A stretch of 64,000 nucleotides of DNA from Pontiella sp. (GCA_050290185.1 JBNKHE010000001.1:354713-418712); one strand, 5' to 3'; counted from the first letter of the stretch, positions 1 to 10,401 are shown. Translations and numbers: made by a program. Notes: generated by a model from the sequence alone, not told the origin.

Positions 1-2
1 GC

Positions 3-1085
3 CGTTCTGCGGCAAGCCGCACGCCCACCAGCCGCACGTCCGGCAGAAACAGCGGCTCAGGCGCCATGGTCACCCCCAACGCCGCCCCCTCGCAGGCGGC
101 CAGCCTTGACAACTTGAGCGATCTTTCCGAAAGCACCAAAATTCTGGCGGATGCCCGCTCCAACTCGATCCTCCTGATGGGCCGGAAGAGTGATATTGCG
201 GCCATCAAGACGGTCATTGCCAGCCTCGACATCATGCTTGAGCAGGTCGTGATCGAAGCCGCCATTTTCGACATTAGCCTAGGCGATGATCTTGAGCATG
301 GCATCGACTGGCTATACCAGAACAAAGACGACAGCAAGATCGGGGCATGGAATGGCGGGTCGATTTCCGGAACCACGAACAGTATTCTTGGCACCGTTGC
401 GAAAGGACCTCTGAGATATTATCAGGTCTTCTCCGGTCTCGACTCGCAGGCAATGATCCGCTTGTCAAAGAAAGACAGCAATTCCCGGGTCATTTCAACT
501 CCTGTCATCATGACGACGGACAACACAGAAGCCTCGCTAAGTATCGGCGAGCAGCGCCCGGTCGTAACCTCCACCGATACCTACTCAAGCAATCTGGGCG
601 GCCAGCGATCCAATTATGAATATAAAGATATTGGTCTCCAGCTGACCATCACCCCTCATATCAACCCGCAGCGTTATGTGGTTATGGATCTCACCCAGCG
701 GGCAGACCAGATCGGTGAAATTGTTGAAATCGACAACAACAAGGTTCCCACCATCAAGAACCGCGAATTCACCGCATCGATTGCCGTTCCGGATAAAGGC
801 ACTGTGGTCCTGGGCGGTCTCGTGAGCACGGAAACAACCGATACGGTCAACAAAATTCCGATACTTGGAGATATCCCCCTGATCGGACGCTATCTTTTCA
901 GCTCGGTTACCAAAGGAGAAGACCAGCGCGAGTTGATCGTTCTCATGACTCCATACGTCATGACCAACATGGATGAAATGTCAGGACAGACCCAACGGTT
1001 GTACGAGAAAACCAGCCTCAAACAAAAGGATTGGGAAGGCTCGTGGTCGGAGAGCAAACTCCGGGATATCCCGACTGAAGAATGA
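3..1085 (+). CDS. gspD: Type II secretion secretin (GspD/PulD family), C-terminal part; 5' end outside window
   Basis: Frame is open from base 3. Secretin motifs QVVIEAAI, ISTPVIMTTDNTEASLSIGE, YEYKDIGLQLTITPHIN, KIPILGDIPLIGRYLF, ELIVLMTPYV. Confidence 0.85.
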   Translation, partial: RSAASRTPTSRTSGRNSGSGAMVTPNAAPSQAASLDNLSDLSESTKILADARSNSILLMGRKSDIAAIKTVIASLDIMLEQVVIEAAIFDISLGDDLEHGIDWLYQNKDDSKIGAWNGGSISGTTNSILGTVAKGPLRYYQVFSGLDSQAMIRLSKKDSNSRVISTPVIMTTDNTEASLSIGEQRPVVTSTDTYSSNLGGQRSNYEYKDIGLQLTITPHINPQRYVVMDLTQRADQIGEIVEIDNNKVPTIKNREFTASIAVPDKGTVVLGGLVSTETTDTVNKIPILGDIPLIGRYLFSSVTKGEDQRELIVLMTPYVMTNMDEMSGQTQRLYEKTSLKQKDWEGSWSESKLRDIPTEE

Positions 1086-2365
1086 TGAATGTCCATGGAT
1101 TAGCCGGACAGGAAATGCAGCACATTCACTTTATCGGTATCGGCGGGGTCGGCATGAACGGCCTCGCCCAGCTAGCCGCCCAATCCGGGTACTCAGTGAG
1201 CGGATCCGACCGCGCCTACACCCCATTAACCCATCCGTTCTATACGTTGGAAAAACTTGGAATCCGGATGGCCCCTCAGGATGGAACCGGCATAACGGAG
1301 CAGACCGCCAGCGTAGTGTACAGCACAGCCATTGAAACGGACAATCCAGACCTGATGGTCGCCAAAGAGCGAGGAATTCCCCTGCTCCACCGCGCTGAAT
1401 TCCTCAAACAACTGATCGGGGATGGCGAGCTGATTGCGGTTGCCGGAACCGCAGGAAAAACCACAACGACCGGATTGCTGGGCTGGATTTTTGAGTGTCT
1501 CGGGAAGAATCCTTCCGTATACAACGGCGCGGCAGTCCTGAACTGGCAGTCGGATACGCAACTAGGCAATGTTAGAAAAGGATCGACCGGTTTATGGATC
1601 ATCGAGGCCGACGAATCCGACCGGTCCTTTCTCCACTTCCATCCCAACCACAGCATCATCACGAATATATCCAAGGATCATTACGGGCTGGATGAACTGC
1701 ATGTCATGTTTGATAAGTTTGAGGCCCAAACCGCGGGAATTACCATTCACGGATCCATCGATGATGCGCCGGGTCTGGACATCCAGATGCCCATGATTGG
1801 AAAGCACAATCTGGAGAATGCCCGTTGTGCCGCCCGGCTCTGCCGCGCGCTCGGATTCGATATGGCTGAGGTGCAACACGCCATCAACCAGTTCAAGGGG
1901 ATTGAGAGAAGACTTGAAGTGGCCGGACAGGTCGACGGCATTACCATCATCGATGATTATGCCCACAATGCGGCCAAGATTTCCGCCGCACTCGCCGCGG
2001 TGTCTATTTCGGGCGCCCAACTGCACGCCTTCTGGAGACCGCATGGTTTTACCCCGCTCCATCAAGGCATGCAGGAACTGGCCCACGCATTCACTGCGCA
2101 CTGGAAGAAAAACGGCGGATCGATTTTTATACTGCCGGTCTACTACGCCGGCGGAACCGTGGATCGCAAAGCCACGTCGGAAGATCTGGTCGAACATCTG
2201 ATTGCCGCTGGCGTACCCGCTGAATTTGTTCCAGACTATGATGCTTTGAAGCAGCAACTGGAGAGATGCACATACGCGGGCGATACCATCCTGGGCATGG
2301 GCGCCCGTGATCCAGAACTGCCGCGGTTTGCTAAAAGACTGGTATCTGAATGGAAAAAAAACTGA
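1082..2365 (+). CDS. Mur ligase, MurC/Mpl-like
   Basis: HIHFIGIGGVGMNGLA, VSGSD, AGTAGKTTT P-loop, EADESDRSF, GKHNLEN, FKGIERRLE, IDDYAHN. ATGA overlap with the secretin gene. Confidence 0.85.
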   Translation: MMNVHGLAGQEMQHIHFIGIGGVGMNGLAQLAAQSGYSVSGSDRAYTPLTHPFYTLEKLGIRMAPQDGTGITEQTASVVYSTAIETDNPDLMVAKERGIPLLHRAEFLKQLIGDGELIAVAGTAGKTTTTGLLGWIFECLGKNPSVYNGAAVLNWQSDTQLGNVRKGSTGLWIIEADESDRSFLHFHPNHSIITNISKDHYGLDELHVMFDKFEAQTAGITIHGSIDDAPGLDIQMPMIGKHNLENARCAARLCRALGFDMAEVQHAINQFKGIERRLEVAGQVDGITIIDDYAHNAAKISAALAAVSISGAQLHAFWRPHGFTPLHQGMQELAHAFTAHWKKNGGSIFILPVYYAGGTVDRKATSEDLVEHLIAAGVPAEFVPDYDALKQQLERCTYAGDTILGMGARDPELPRFAKRLVSEWKKN

Positions 2366-3171
2366 CCATCGAAAGCGTGCAGAATCCACGCGTGAAGGCC
2401 GCAGTAAAGCTGCGAAAGAGCAAAGTGCGCCAGGAAACCGGCCAGACGCTTGTTGAGGGCTACCGGGAAATACTCCGGGCCGCGGAGAGCGGATGGCGAT
2501 TCAACGAGCTGTACTACTGTCCCGACCTATACCTGGATCCGGATTCCGACGCCCTGGTTTACAGCCTCCAAACCTGCGGTACACCGGCATTCAAGTGCTC
2601 GGAAGCCGTCTTCCGCAAAATATCCTATCGTGACACGCCGGATGGATTAATTGCTCTTTCGCCGCTTGTTGGGAAAACGCTTGATGAACTCGAGCTTCCA
2701 GAGCATCCGCTATTGCTGATTGCTGAAGATCTGGAAAAGCCGGGCAATCTGGGAACCATCCTGCGAACCGCGGATGCCACGGGCGTTGACGCCGTGATTG
2801 CGTGCGACCATAAAACCGACCTGAACAATCCGAATGTTATCCGCTCGAGTATCGGCACATTATTTTTTCTTCCTGTCGCCGAAGCGTCCACGCAAGAAAC
2901 GCTCAAATGGCTGAAAAAAAATGGTATTCAATCCATCGCGGCAGTTCCGGGCGCTCCGCTGGAATATACGGACGTGGACATGAGTCAAGGAACCGCCATT
3001 ATCGTCGGGGCTGAGGATGAAGGACTCTCCGATACGTGGAAGCAAGAAGCAGATCATCAGGTATCGATTCCGATGCTGGGCAAGAACGATTCGCTGAATG
3101 TTTCCACGGCCGCGGCTATCATGCTCTATGAAGCAGTCCGCCAACGCCGCCAAACTGATTCAACATCCTGA
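2350..3171 (+). CDS. TrmH/SpoU family RNA methyltransferase
   Basis: EKPGNLGTILRTADA, IVGAEDEGLS, IPMLGKNDSLNVSTAAAIMLYE. Confidence 0.92.
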   Translation: MEKKLTIESVQNPRVKAAVKLRKSKVRQETGQTLVEGYREILRAAESGWRFNELYYCPDLYLDPDSDALVYSLQTCGTPAFKCSEAVFRKISYRDTPDGLIALSPLVGKTLDELELPEHPLLLIAEDLEKPGNLGTILRTADATGVDAVIACDHKTDLNNPNVIRSSIGTLFFLPVAEASTQETLKWLKKNGIQSIAAVPGAPLEYTDVDMSQGTAIIVGAEDEGLSDTWKQEADHQVSIPMLGKNDSLNVSTAAAIMLYEAVRQRRQTDSTS

Positions 3172-3264
3172 TAAAAACTGATATTAAATTCAGCATTCCC
3201 TTCACCTCAATGTCATACATTATAAAGAGTTCACGAATAGCATCTGCTACTCCAAGAATTACTT

Positions 3265-3308
3265 ATATTCAAATATTCATTTGCATATGACGAATTCTAG
3301 AGTACGCT
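3265..3308 (+). promoter_or_regulatory. Candidate sigma70 promoter (TTGCAT-16-TACGCT) overlapped by three contiguous 8-bp units
   Basis: ATATTCAA (3265-72), ATATTCAT (3273-80), TTGCATAT (3281-88, reverse complement ATATGCAA). Putative -10 TACGCT at 3303-3308. Confidence 0.4.
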
Positions 3309-3335
3309 ACAGTTACAAACGAAGGGAGGTAGACA

Positions 3336-3515
3336 ATGGCTACCAATCCGGCAGGCAAAGGAACCAAGACTATTGGCATAAACATGAAAATGGATATGGC
3401 CAAGGAGCTTGAACGGCGGGCTGCATCCATGCAGCTATCGACCGGCGCTTATTGCAAAATCATCCTGGGCGACTGGCTGAAATCAGGAAAGAAGCTGCAG
3501 TTGAAAGAAAACTAG
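3336..3515 (+). CDS. 59-aa ribbon-helix-helix (CopG/Arc/MetJ-like) DNA-binding protein, not in ORF track
   Basis: Hand translation MATNPAGKGTKTIGINMKMDMAKELERRAASMQLSTGAYCKIILGDWLKSGKKLQLKEN. GGAGGT RBS at 3325-3330, terminator downstream, strand-helix-helix pattern. Confidence 0.8.
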   Translation: MATNPAGKGTKTIGINMKMDMAKELERRAASMQLSTGAYCKIILGDWLKSGKKLQLKEN

Positions 3516-3540
3516 ACAATAAGCCTCGTAGGAAATTATG

Positions 3541-3578
3541 ACCGGCTTCTGCGCAAGGAGGCCGGTTTTTATTTTTTT
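3541..3578 (+). terminator. Rho-independent terminator
   Basis: ACCGGCTTCT-GCGCAA-GGAGGCCGGT followed by TTTTATTTTTTT. Confidence 0.75.
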
Positions 3579-3607
3579 CACCATCCGCTCTGTGACATAT
3601 TTTCCGA

Positions 3608-4543
3608 ATGTCTGATCAAACCGTTTTTTCAATTGTAGGCACCGGGGCTGTTGGCGGCTACTATGGAGCATTGCTGCAACGGGCCGGCTTTGATGTGAAT
3701 TTCCTGCTCCACCGGGATTATGACCATGTACGCCAGCACGGCTTAATCATCGAATCCTGCAACGGGAATTTCAAACTCCCGACTGTAAATGCGTATAACG
3801 CACCATTCGATATGCCCAGAAGTGATGTGGTCGTGGTGGCGCTCAAAACAACCGCCAACAACGCACTCGCAGGAATCCTCCCTCATCTGGTCAAGGATGA
3901 CGGCGTCGTGCTTTCTTTGCAGAACGGGCTAGGCAGTGAAGAAGAAATTGAACGCATTGTGGGCCGCGATAAAGTGCTGGGCGGACTCTGCTTCCTATGC
4001 GCAAACAAGATTGCCCCTGGACATATTCGCCACCTTGACTATGGACTCATTACCCTTGGTGAGTATCGGGCGGATGGGAAGCCTGGAGGAATCACGCCCC
4101 GGCTGGCACGCATTGGCTCCTCCTTAAAAACGGCAGGCATTCCCATAAAACTGGTCGAAGATCTGGCCCTCGCCCGCTGGAAAAAACTGGTGTGGAATAT
4201 TCCCTTCAACGGCCTGTCCGTTATCGAGAATGCTTTAACGGATCAACTGGTCAAAAATCCGGAAACCAAGACACGTTGCCAGAGAATGATGAACGAAGTC
4301 GCTCAAGCCTCGGCGGCCTGTGCCCACCCGATCGACGAAAGCTTTGTCCGGAAAATGATGGAAGACACAGAAAAGATGGAGCCCTATGCGCCCAGCATGA
4401 AGCTGGACTTCGATCGTGGAAACCCCATGGAAATCGAAAGCATCTACGGCAATCCGCTTCGCGCCGCCAAGGCCAAGGGTGTCGACATGCCCGAGACCGA
4501 AAAGCTCTATCGCCAGCTCCTCGCCATCAATCCCGTTGCTTAG
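3608..4543 (+). CDS. panE: 2-dehydropantoate 2-reductase (ketopantoate reductase family)
   Basis: IVGTGAVGGYYG, LQNGLG, WKKLVWNIPFNGLS, PSMKLD, MEIESIYG. Confidence 0.88.
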   Translation: MSDQTVFSIVGTGAVGGYYGALLQRAGFDVNFLLHRDYDHVRQHGLIIESCNGNFKLPTVNAYNAPFDMPRSDVVVVALKTTANNALAGILPHLVKDDGVVLSLQNGLGSEEEIERIVGRDKVLGGLCFLCANKIAPGHIRHLDYGLITLGEYRADGKPGGITPRLARIGSSLKTAGIPIKLVEDLALARWKKLVWNIPFNGLSVIENALTDQLVKNPETKTRCQRMMNEVAQASAACAHPIDESFVRKMMEDTEKMEPYAPSMKLDFDRGNPMEIESIYGNPLRAAKAKGVDMPETEKLYRQLLAINPVA

Positions 4544-4603
4544 ACGGAGTTGCAATTGAGCCGGGAATCGTGGATAACCACGAGCTTATTTCCGAGGTTA
4601 TAC

Positions 4604-5269
4604 ATGATTAATTTGGACTACAGTGTACATCACGTCATTCAGGTACGCATCGTGCACGACGATCTCTTCGAACTGGTCGTCGAGCGCAATGGGTTGGAAT
4701 TCACGCCCGGCGATTGCGTGGCCATCTACACAGCCGACGACAAATCGCGCCCCTACAGCATTTCATCCGGCTCCAGTGACAAGGAACTGCGTTTCGTGAT
4801 CCGCAAGATGAATGACGGCGAAGTCTCCCCATGGCTGATGGCCCGCCAACCGGGTGACGCAATCCGGATTACCCCACCCTTTGGCTGGTTTCGTCCGGGA
4901 CAAGGAATCGGGACGTCGCCATTTGTCTTCTTAGCCACGGGAACGGGTATTGCTCCGTTTCTTTCCTACGTGAGCACGTTCGATAATCCTCCGGAACAAT
5001 GTTTATACGGAGTCCGGCATGCCACCGATGCCATCGGATTGGATCTGTTAAACCGCCGTTGCCCTACCCGAGTGGCGGTTTCCAGAGAGAAGACCGACCA
5101 GTTCCACCATGGGCGCATCACGGACTTGCTGGATACCCTGTCGCTGAACGAGAAAACACACTATTACTGTTGTGGTTTAGAGAGCATGGTGAACGATGTT
5201 GCAACGTGGCTACAGGCCAACGGCATTCAATTGCAGCAGATCCACCGCGAAGTCTTCTTTCACGGATGA
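4604..5269 (+). CDS. FAD/NAD(P)-binding oxidoreductase (ferredoxin-NADP reductase-like)
   Basis: RPYSISS, GEVSPWL, FLATGTGIAPF, YCCG...M, HREVF. Start moved to ATG 4604 after GAGGT. Confidence 0.85.
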   Translation: MINLDYSVHHVIQVRIVHDDLFELVVERNGLEFTPGDCVAIYTADDKSRPYSISSGSSDKELRFVIRKMNDGEVSPWLMARQPGDAIRITPPFGWFRPGQGIGTSPFVFLATGTGIAPFLSYVSTFDNPPEQCLYGVRHATDAIGLDLLNRRCPTRVAVSREKTDQFHHGRITDLLDTLSLNEKTHYYCCGLESMVNDVATWLQANGIQLQQIHREVFFHG

Positions 5270-5329
5270 ATCTTATTTTCAGCTATTGATGATTGAATTT
5301 TTCGTGGCAGGCCGATAAACAGCGCCGCT

Positions 5330-6349
5330 ATGAAACCGATTGTTATCTGCGCACTCTACAAGTTTGTTCGTCTCGACGACTACGTCGCGATGCGTCAACC
5401 CCTGTCCGACTTCATGACGGAACATAGCATCCGGGGCACCCTGTTGCTGGCCAGCGAAGGCATCAATGGAACCGTTGCCGGATCGCGCAATGCCATTGAT
5501 GCCTTACTTGAATACCTTCAGACCGACCCCCGACTAGCCGATCTGGACTACAAGGAATCGCATGACGAAACCAATCCGTTCTACCGAACCAAGGTCCGGC
5601 TCAAGAAAGAGATTGTGACACTGGGCGTTGAAGGCATCGACCCACTCCGCTCGGTAGGCACCTATGTTGCCCCGAAGGACTGGAACGAACTGATCAGTGA
5701 TCCGGATACCATATTGATCGATACGCGCAACGATTATGAAGTCGGCATTGGAACGTTCAAGAATGCGGTTAATCCGAAGACCGACACGTTCCGTGAGTTT
5801 CCGGCCTATGTTGAACAACATCTGGAGCCCTCCAAACACAAGAAGGTCGCGATGTTCTGCACGGGCGGCATCCGTTGCGAAAAATCGACGGCCTATCTCA
5901 AGGAATTGGGATTTGAGAACGTATTCCACCTCAAAGGCGGCATCCTGAAATATCTGGAGGAGGTTCCGCCGGAAGAATCAATGTGGGAAGGCGAATGCTT
6001 TGTTTTCGACAACCGTGTATCGGTAGGCCATGGCCTTGAAACCGGGGAATTCGATCAATGCCACGCATGCCGCATGCCGATTACCGACACAGACAAACAA
6101 AGCGAGCATTACGAAGAAGGCGTGAGTTGCTCCCACTGCCACGACCGTTATTCAGCGGAACGCAAAGCGCGCTTCCTTGAACGCGAACGCCAAATCAAGC
6201 TGGCCCGCGAACGGGGCGAAGAGCACATCGGGGGATCTGTCGAGGAAGTGGCCCAAAACCGCCGCAAGATGAAACTCCAGCTGAAAGAAACCGCTCAAAG
6301 CAGCACGGCGCATAAGACGGAAAAGCCCGCTCCGGCAGCGGCGCAGTAG
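5330..6349 (+). CDS. trhO: tRNA uridine(34) hydroxylase, rhodanese UPF0176 (YceA) family
   Basis: [60 protein letters not shown]. Confidence 0.9.
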   Translation: MKPIVICALYKFVRLDDYVAMRQPLSDFMTEHSIRGTLLLASEGINGTVAGSRNAIDALLEYLQTDPRLADLDYKESHDETNPFYRTKVRLKKEIVTLGVEGIDPLRSVGTYVAPKDWNELISDPDTILIDTRNDYEVGIGTFKNAVNPKTDTFREFPAYVEQHLEPSKHKKVAMFCTGGIRCEKSTAYLKELGFENVFHLKGGILKYLEEVPPEESMWEGECFVFDNRVSVGHGLETGEFDQCHACRMPITDTDKQSEHYEEGVSCSHCHDRYSAERKARFLERERQIKLARERGEEHIGGSVEEVAQNRRKMKLQLKETAQSSTAHKTEKPAPAAAQ

Positions 6350-7839
6350 CGTTGCCGCCGGCTCGTCGCGTGCACCATTAAATAGATCAGGCTTCCGTAC
6401 CACAGCAGGATGGCTGTGAGGGGTGGTGAATCTATATCAAAACTTGATCCGGGGATACGGTCCAGCCCCTTGACGCTCCACAGCATCGCATTGATGAAGA
6501 CAACCGACGCGTGGTTGAAGATCATGGCTGCGGGAGGTACCATGATGGCCAACCATCCTGAAAGAACAATGCAGAACGTGAGGGGTACAACGGCCAGGTT
6601 TCCCAAAAGGGCAATAGGCGAAAATCGGCCAAAGTAATATGCGGTCATAGGCAGGGATGCCAGACTGGCCGCGAACGAAGTAATGACCAGCGACAGGCCA
6701 TACCTTTTGAGCCAGTTCCCCGTAAGCCACCTTTCAGGGAGCACCGAATACACCATTACGATAAATGCGACCACGACAAAGGAAAACACAAAACCGGCGG
6801 ATTGGAGTTCGTGCGGATTCAACAGCAGTAGCAGGATGGCGGCAAACGCAACCGATGAAGGCACATCGGGCTTTCTACGAAACAGCGGTGCCAACAGAAA
6901 AACCGCGGCCATCACCGTAGCCCTCAGCGCGCTCGCTTTCATTCCCGTCGCCGCAACATAGATGAACAACAGCGGAACAAGCCACACTCCAAACCAGTCG
7001 CGGGGCACGCCAACCGACTTCAAAACAATCACCAGCAACAAGCCAATGATACCCACATGCAGGCCCGATATGGCAAAAATGTGCAACGATCCGGTCCGCT
7101 TGAAACATGCGTAGGTATCCGCAGGAATTTCGTTGCGGTATCCCAAAACCAGAGAGCGCAGAACCGCCAATTGGAGTGGCTTATCCCGGATCCCTTTTCC
7201 CAATTTCCCGGCAGCAGACTCTCGCCACTTTTGACACCAGGTCATCAAGGAAAATCCAGGTTCGGACAGAGGCACGCAATATCGAGGCCATGACACCTTC
7301 ATCCCGATCGGATTCCCGCCCCGGTAATTCCTTTTTTGAAACTTGCCTCTCAGCCAAACGCGCTGGCCCTGAAGGGCGGACGGTTCGGATTCGCGAGCGC
7401 CCATAACCCGCACATCGATTTCTCCTCGCCGGGTTATCCACTGACCGGATTCAAGCATCCCCTCCAGGCGCAGCGGATAAACCCACATGCCTTCGTCCCC
7501 AGACTTGAAGGCATAGTATTTCGGCTTCCTGCAAACCCGGCCGATGATTTCAACATTCGACGCGGGCAGCTCCTGCAACCTTCCGTTAATCGATGTATCC
7601 GCCGGAGAAAAATCCGACACCCGCAATTGAAGCGCAGCAATCGAGGCAATGACCGCAAAAACCAACCCGGTCGGGGCCTTGGACCGTAACAGAAAGAACC
7701 CCGAAACCAGCAACAAAACGCTCAACAGGATGAGGAGTTCAACGCGAATCATCCCGACGGACGCCAGAATTATCCCGCCGACCATGGCAAGCGCAATACC
7801 AACCAGAGGACGGCGGATCGGTTGTCCATGCAACAACAC
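6295..7839 (-). CDS. comEC: ComEC/Rec2 competence membrane protein (no C-terminal beta-lactamase domain)
   Basis: [39 protein letters not shown], multiple TM segments. Confidence 0.85.
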   Translation of the reverse strand: MLLHGQPIRRPLVGIALAMVGGIILASVGMIRVELLILLSVLLLVSGFFLLRSKAPTGLVFAVIASIAALQLRVSDFSPADTSINGRLQELPASNVEIIGRVCRKPKYYAFKSGDEGMWVYPLRLEGMLESGQWITRRGEIDVRVMGARESEPSALQGQRVWLRGKFQKRNYRGGNPIGMKVSWPRYCVPLSEPGFSLMTWCQKWRESAAGKLGKGIRDKPLQLAVLRSLVLGYRNEIPADTYACFKRTGSLHIFAISGLHVGIIGLLLVIVLKSVGVPRDWFGVWLVPLLFIYVAATGMKASALRATVMAAVFLLAPLFRRKPDVPSSVAFAAILLLLLNPHELQSAGFVFSFVVVAFIVMVYSVLPERWLTGNWLKRYGLSLVITSFAASLASLPMTAYYFGRFSPIALLGNLAVVPLTFCIVLSGWLAIMVPPAAMIFNHASVVFINAMLWSVKGLDRIPGSSFDIDSPPLTAILLWYGSLIYLMVHATSRRQRYCAAAGAGFSVLCAVLL

Positions 7840-7851
7840 CTTCTTCCTCTC

Positions 7852-8982
7852 CTAGTGCGTGTTAGCAAGATCGTGATAGGCCATGCGGATCTTGTGCTTG
7901 AAACTGGAAAAGGAATAGCGGTCAGCAATCAGCTGCTGGGCGTTGCTGGCGATGCCGTACGAAAGCAGCGGCTCCTGAATAACGCGCAGTAACCCATCCG
8001 CAATAGAGGTTGCTGTATAATCCACATTGACGCTGTTACCATCGGTTAGCAGCGCACTATAAGCTCCTTCATGAACAGCCACAATTACGGCCGGAGAATT
8101 GAGCAGCGTCAGTATTTCAGGGTCCGGATATCGGCATCCGGGCCGCGGGACAAACAAGGCTGCATCGGCCACAGACAATGCGGAAAGAACCTGTTCGGGA
8201 TCCTCTGCCGGAAGAAACACACAGCGTCCCTGAATATCCAAATTGGCCGCCATGGACCGGGCTTCATCATCGCTTAGACCGTTAAAAATAAATCCGGCAT
8301 GTGGATTTTTATCGATCACCTTGCGGGCGGCCAGCAGCAAGGTCCGTATTTCACTTCGGTTTCCCGGCAGAACACTGCACACCACCATAAACGAAACCCC
8401 GCCTTCGAACCGGGCAGCAATGGTAGCCCGATCCATTTCCTTTCTAGGAAATAGCGGGTGGGCAGGAATATCCTCGATCTGGATGACATGAATGTCGTCA
8501 TTTAGTTTTTTGAGATCTGAAGTCATGTCATCACATGATGAAAATACCATGGCAGAGCGATTCAGAATTCTTTTCTCCTTGCGGTGATAGTGCGAGGGAA
8601 AAAGTTTCCAGAGCCATGATGGCGCATTGCCATTGGGACCGGTAAAACAGCGGGAAGCCTCGTAGACGAGTCGTGTTTTTTTCAACTTACCGAATCGCGC
8701 AATATGCACGATGGCCTCATCGACCGCATGCACGACCTGATAGGAGTTGCCTGCCATCGCACGAAGTACGGCCAACCTCATTTTTCTCCGGGAACAGCCA
8801 TGGTTATCATTACCGGCAAGGATATGAATATTGGCATGACTTCCACAATCGACCTTAGCTGCAATGACGTCTACCTGATGGCCGGCATCGGCCAGAGCAC
8901 GCAACATAGACACAGAACGAATAGCCCCGGCTCCGACTGACAGGCATCCATAGGTAACGAAGAGTACGTTCATAGCCGGCAC
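7852..8982 (-). CDS. Divergent GT-B (GT4-like) glycosyltransferase
   Basis: MNVLFVTY...ALADAGHQVDVI, VVHAVDEA, LVYE, LSALSVADAALFVP, YSFSSFKHKI. Confidence 0.65.
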   Translation of the reverse strand: MPAMNVLFVTYGCLSVGAGAIRSVSMLRALADAGHQVDVIAAKVDCGSHANIHILAGNDNHGCSRRKMRLAVLRAMAGNSYQVVHAVDEAIVHIARFGKLKKTRLVYEASRCFTGPNGNAPSWLWKLFPSHYHRKEKRILNRSAMVFSSCDDMTSDLKKLNDDIHVIQIEDIPAHPLFPRKEMDRATIAARFEGGVSFMVVCSVLPGNRSEIRTLLLAARKVIDKNPHAGFIFNGLSDDEARSMAANLDIQGRCVFLPAEDPEQVLSALSVADAALFVPRPGCRYPDPEILTLLNSPAVIVAVHEGAYSALLTDGNSVNVDYTATSIADGLLRVIQEPLLSYGIASNAQQLIADRYSFSSFKHKIRMAYHDLANTH

Positions 8983-8996
8983 AACGCCTATAACTG

Positions 8997-10271
8997 CTAT
9001 TGTCCCAGTTTCGGTCTCAACAATTCCGAATCAATGGCATCATTGTCGGGCAGATCCAACTGGGGTGCAAGACCTTCCTCTTTCTGGTGCTCCATGGCTT
9101 GCGCCATTTGTTCAAGGTATTTGCGGTATTCCTCGGTAACAACGGTATCCGCGAACATCTGGAAAGTCCGGTTTCCCCGAACAGGATCCATCATCGGATC
9201 CTGAATCCACATTCCTGCGGTATCCGCCCCGAACAAATGAGCAGCTTTACCCAATATTTGTACGGCTTCCTCCCCCTTGCCCAATTGCGCATAGCAAACC
9301 GCAATCCGTTTATAGCAGACCGGATCCCGGAAGCTGATCACCACCTGCTTTTCCAAGCTTGCCAGCGCCTTGTCGAATTCCTCCAGCCGCATGTATGCAA
9401 TCGCCTGGTTTGCAAGGACCGTGACATCGCGCGGCGAATCCTTCAGCACCCGCTCATAAGCCGTTGTTGCATCGGCATATTGCTCTTTCTTGAAATAGGC
9501 ATTTGCCATGTAGCGCTGAACATCTTCGTTGTAGATATTCTGGTCCTGATACCAGCGAGCCACACGGATGGTCGCATCTGGATCCCCATAGGCATCGAGC
9601 GACTTGAGCAGCGCCAATTGGAAATCGGTACGCGATGGATCCACGCTCAATAAGCGTATGTAGGTATTGACAGCCTCAACATACATCTCTTTTTCAAAGT
9701 ACAGCTGACCCAGATAATTCAATGCACCAATATGGGCAGGATCCAGTTTCAAAACCTGCTGGCAACGATCGATGGCCTGATCCACATGATCTCTCACCAG
9801 CAAATCCCCGACTGATCGGACAAGGCGTTCGGTTTCCTTCCACACGTCGATGCGATCGGAAAAAGAAGATTGAGCCGATTCGGCACTGATATCGAAATCC
9901 TCAACAAGCGCCACGTCCTGCATCACCGGCGCTGCTTCAGGAGCGGGCTGGTTTTCCATCCAGATACTTTCCTCATACAGCTGGATGCCCTTCCAAAGCA
10001 TAAAAAAGGCAATGATCAGCAGAATAATGGTAATGGTTGCCCGTAAAATGGCGACTAACGCCATTTTCTCCCGGGGATCGACCTCCTCCTTTCGCCGGCC
10101 GGAAACCGCCTGATGCCTGGCGGTTTTGCGGACACGCCTCATATCAGCGTCAGGGTGATCTTGATACAAGGGCCGCTCCGACGGCGATCCTGCATAAAAA
10201 TCCGTCTGGGCAGCCAGGTGGTCAAACCCACTGGAACCCTTGTGCTTGCTGCTTCGTTTCTTTTTTTTCAT
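8997..10271 (-). CDS. Membrane-anchored tetratricopeptide repeat protein
   Basis: One TM segment (MALVAILRATITIILLIIAFFMLW), then TPR patterns (QVLKLDPAHIGALNYLGQLY, YERVLKDSP). Start uncertain (10271 or 10289). Confidence 0.8.
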   Translation of the reverse strand: MKKKKRSSKHKGSSGFDHLAAQTDFYAGSPSERPLYQDHPDADMRRVRKTARHQAVSGRRKEEVDPREKMALVAILRATITIILLIIAFFMLWKGIQLYEESIWMENQPAPEAAPVMQDVALVEDFDISAESAQSSFSDRIDVWKETERLVRSVGDLLVRDHVDQAIDRCQQVLKLDPAHIGALNYLGQLYFEKEMYVEAVNTYIRLLSVDPSRTDFQLALLKSLDAYGDPDATIRVARWYQDQNIYNEDVQRYMANAYFKKEQYADATTAYERVLKDSPRDVTVLANQAIAYMRLEEFDKALASLEKQVVISFRDPVCYKRIAVCYAQLGKGEEAVQILGKAAHLFGADTAGMWIQDPMMDPVRGNRTFQMFADTVVTEEYRKYLEQMAQAMEHQKEEGLAPQLDLPDNDAIDSELLRPKLGQ

Positions 10272-10401
10272 AGGCCTTGCCCAAAACACGTACTACAATT
10301 CCGCAAATTCTTCCCTGAATAAAGGGGTTGAAGTATTAATCGGTGAAAGGTAAGTGTCAAGCGTTGCTCCTTGAAGGCGGATTTAATTAACAGAGAAAAA
10401 A

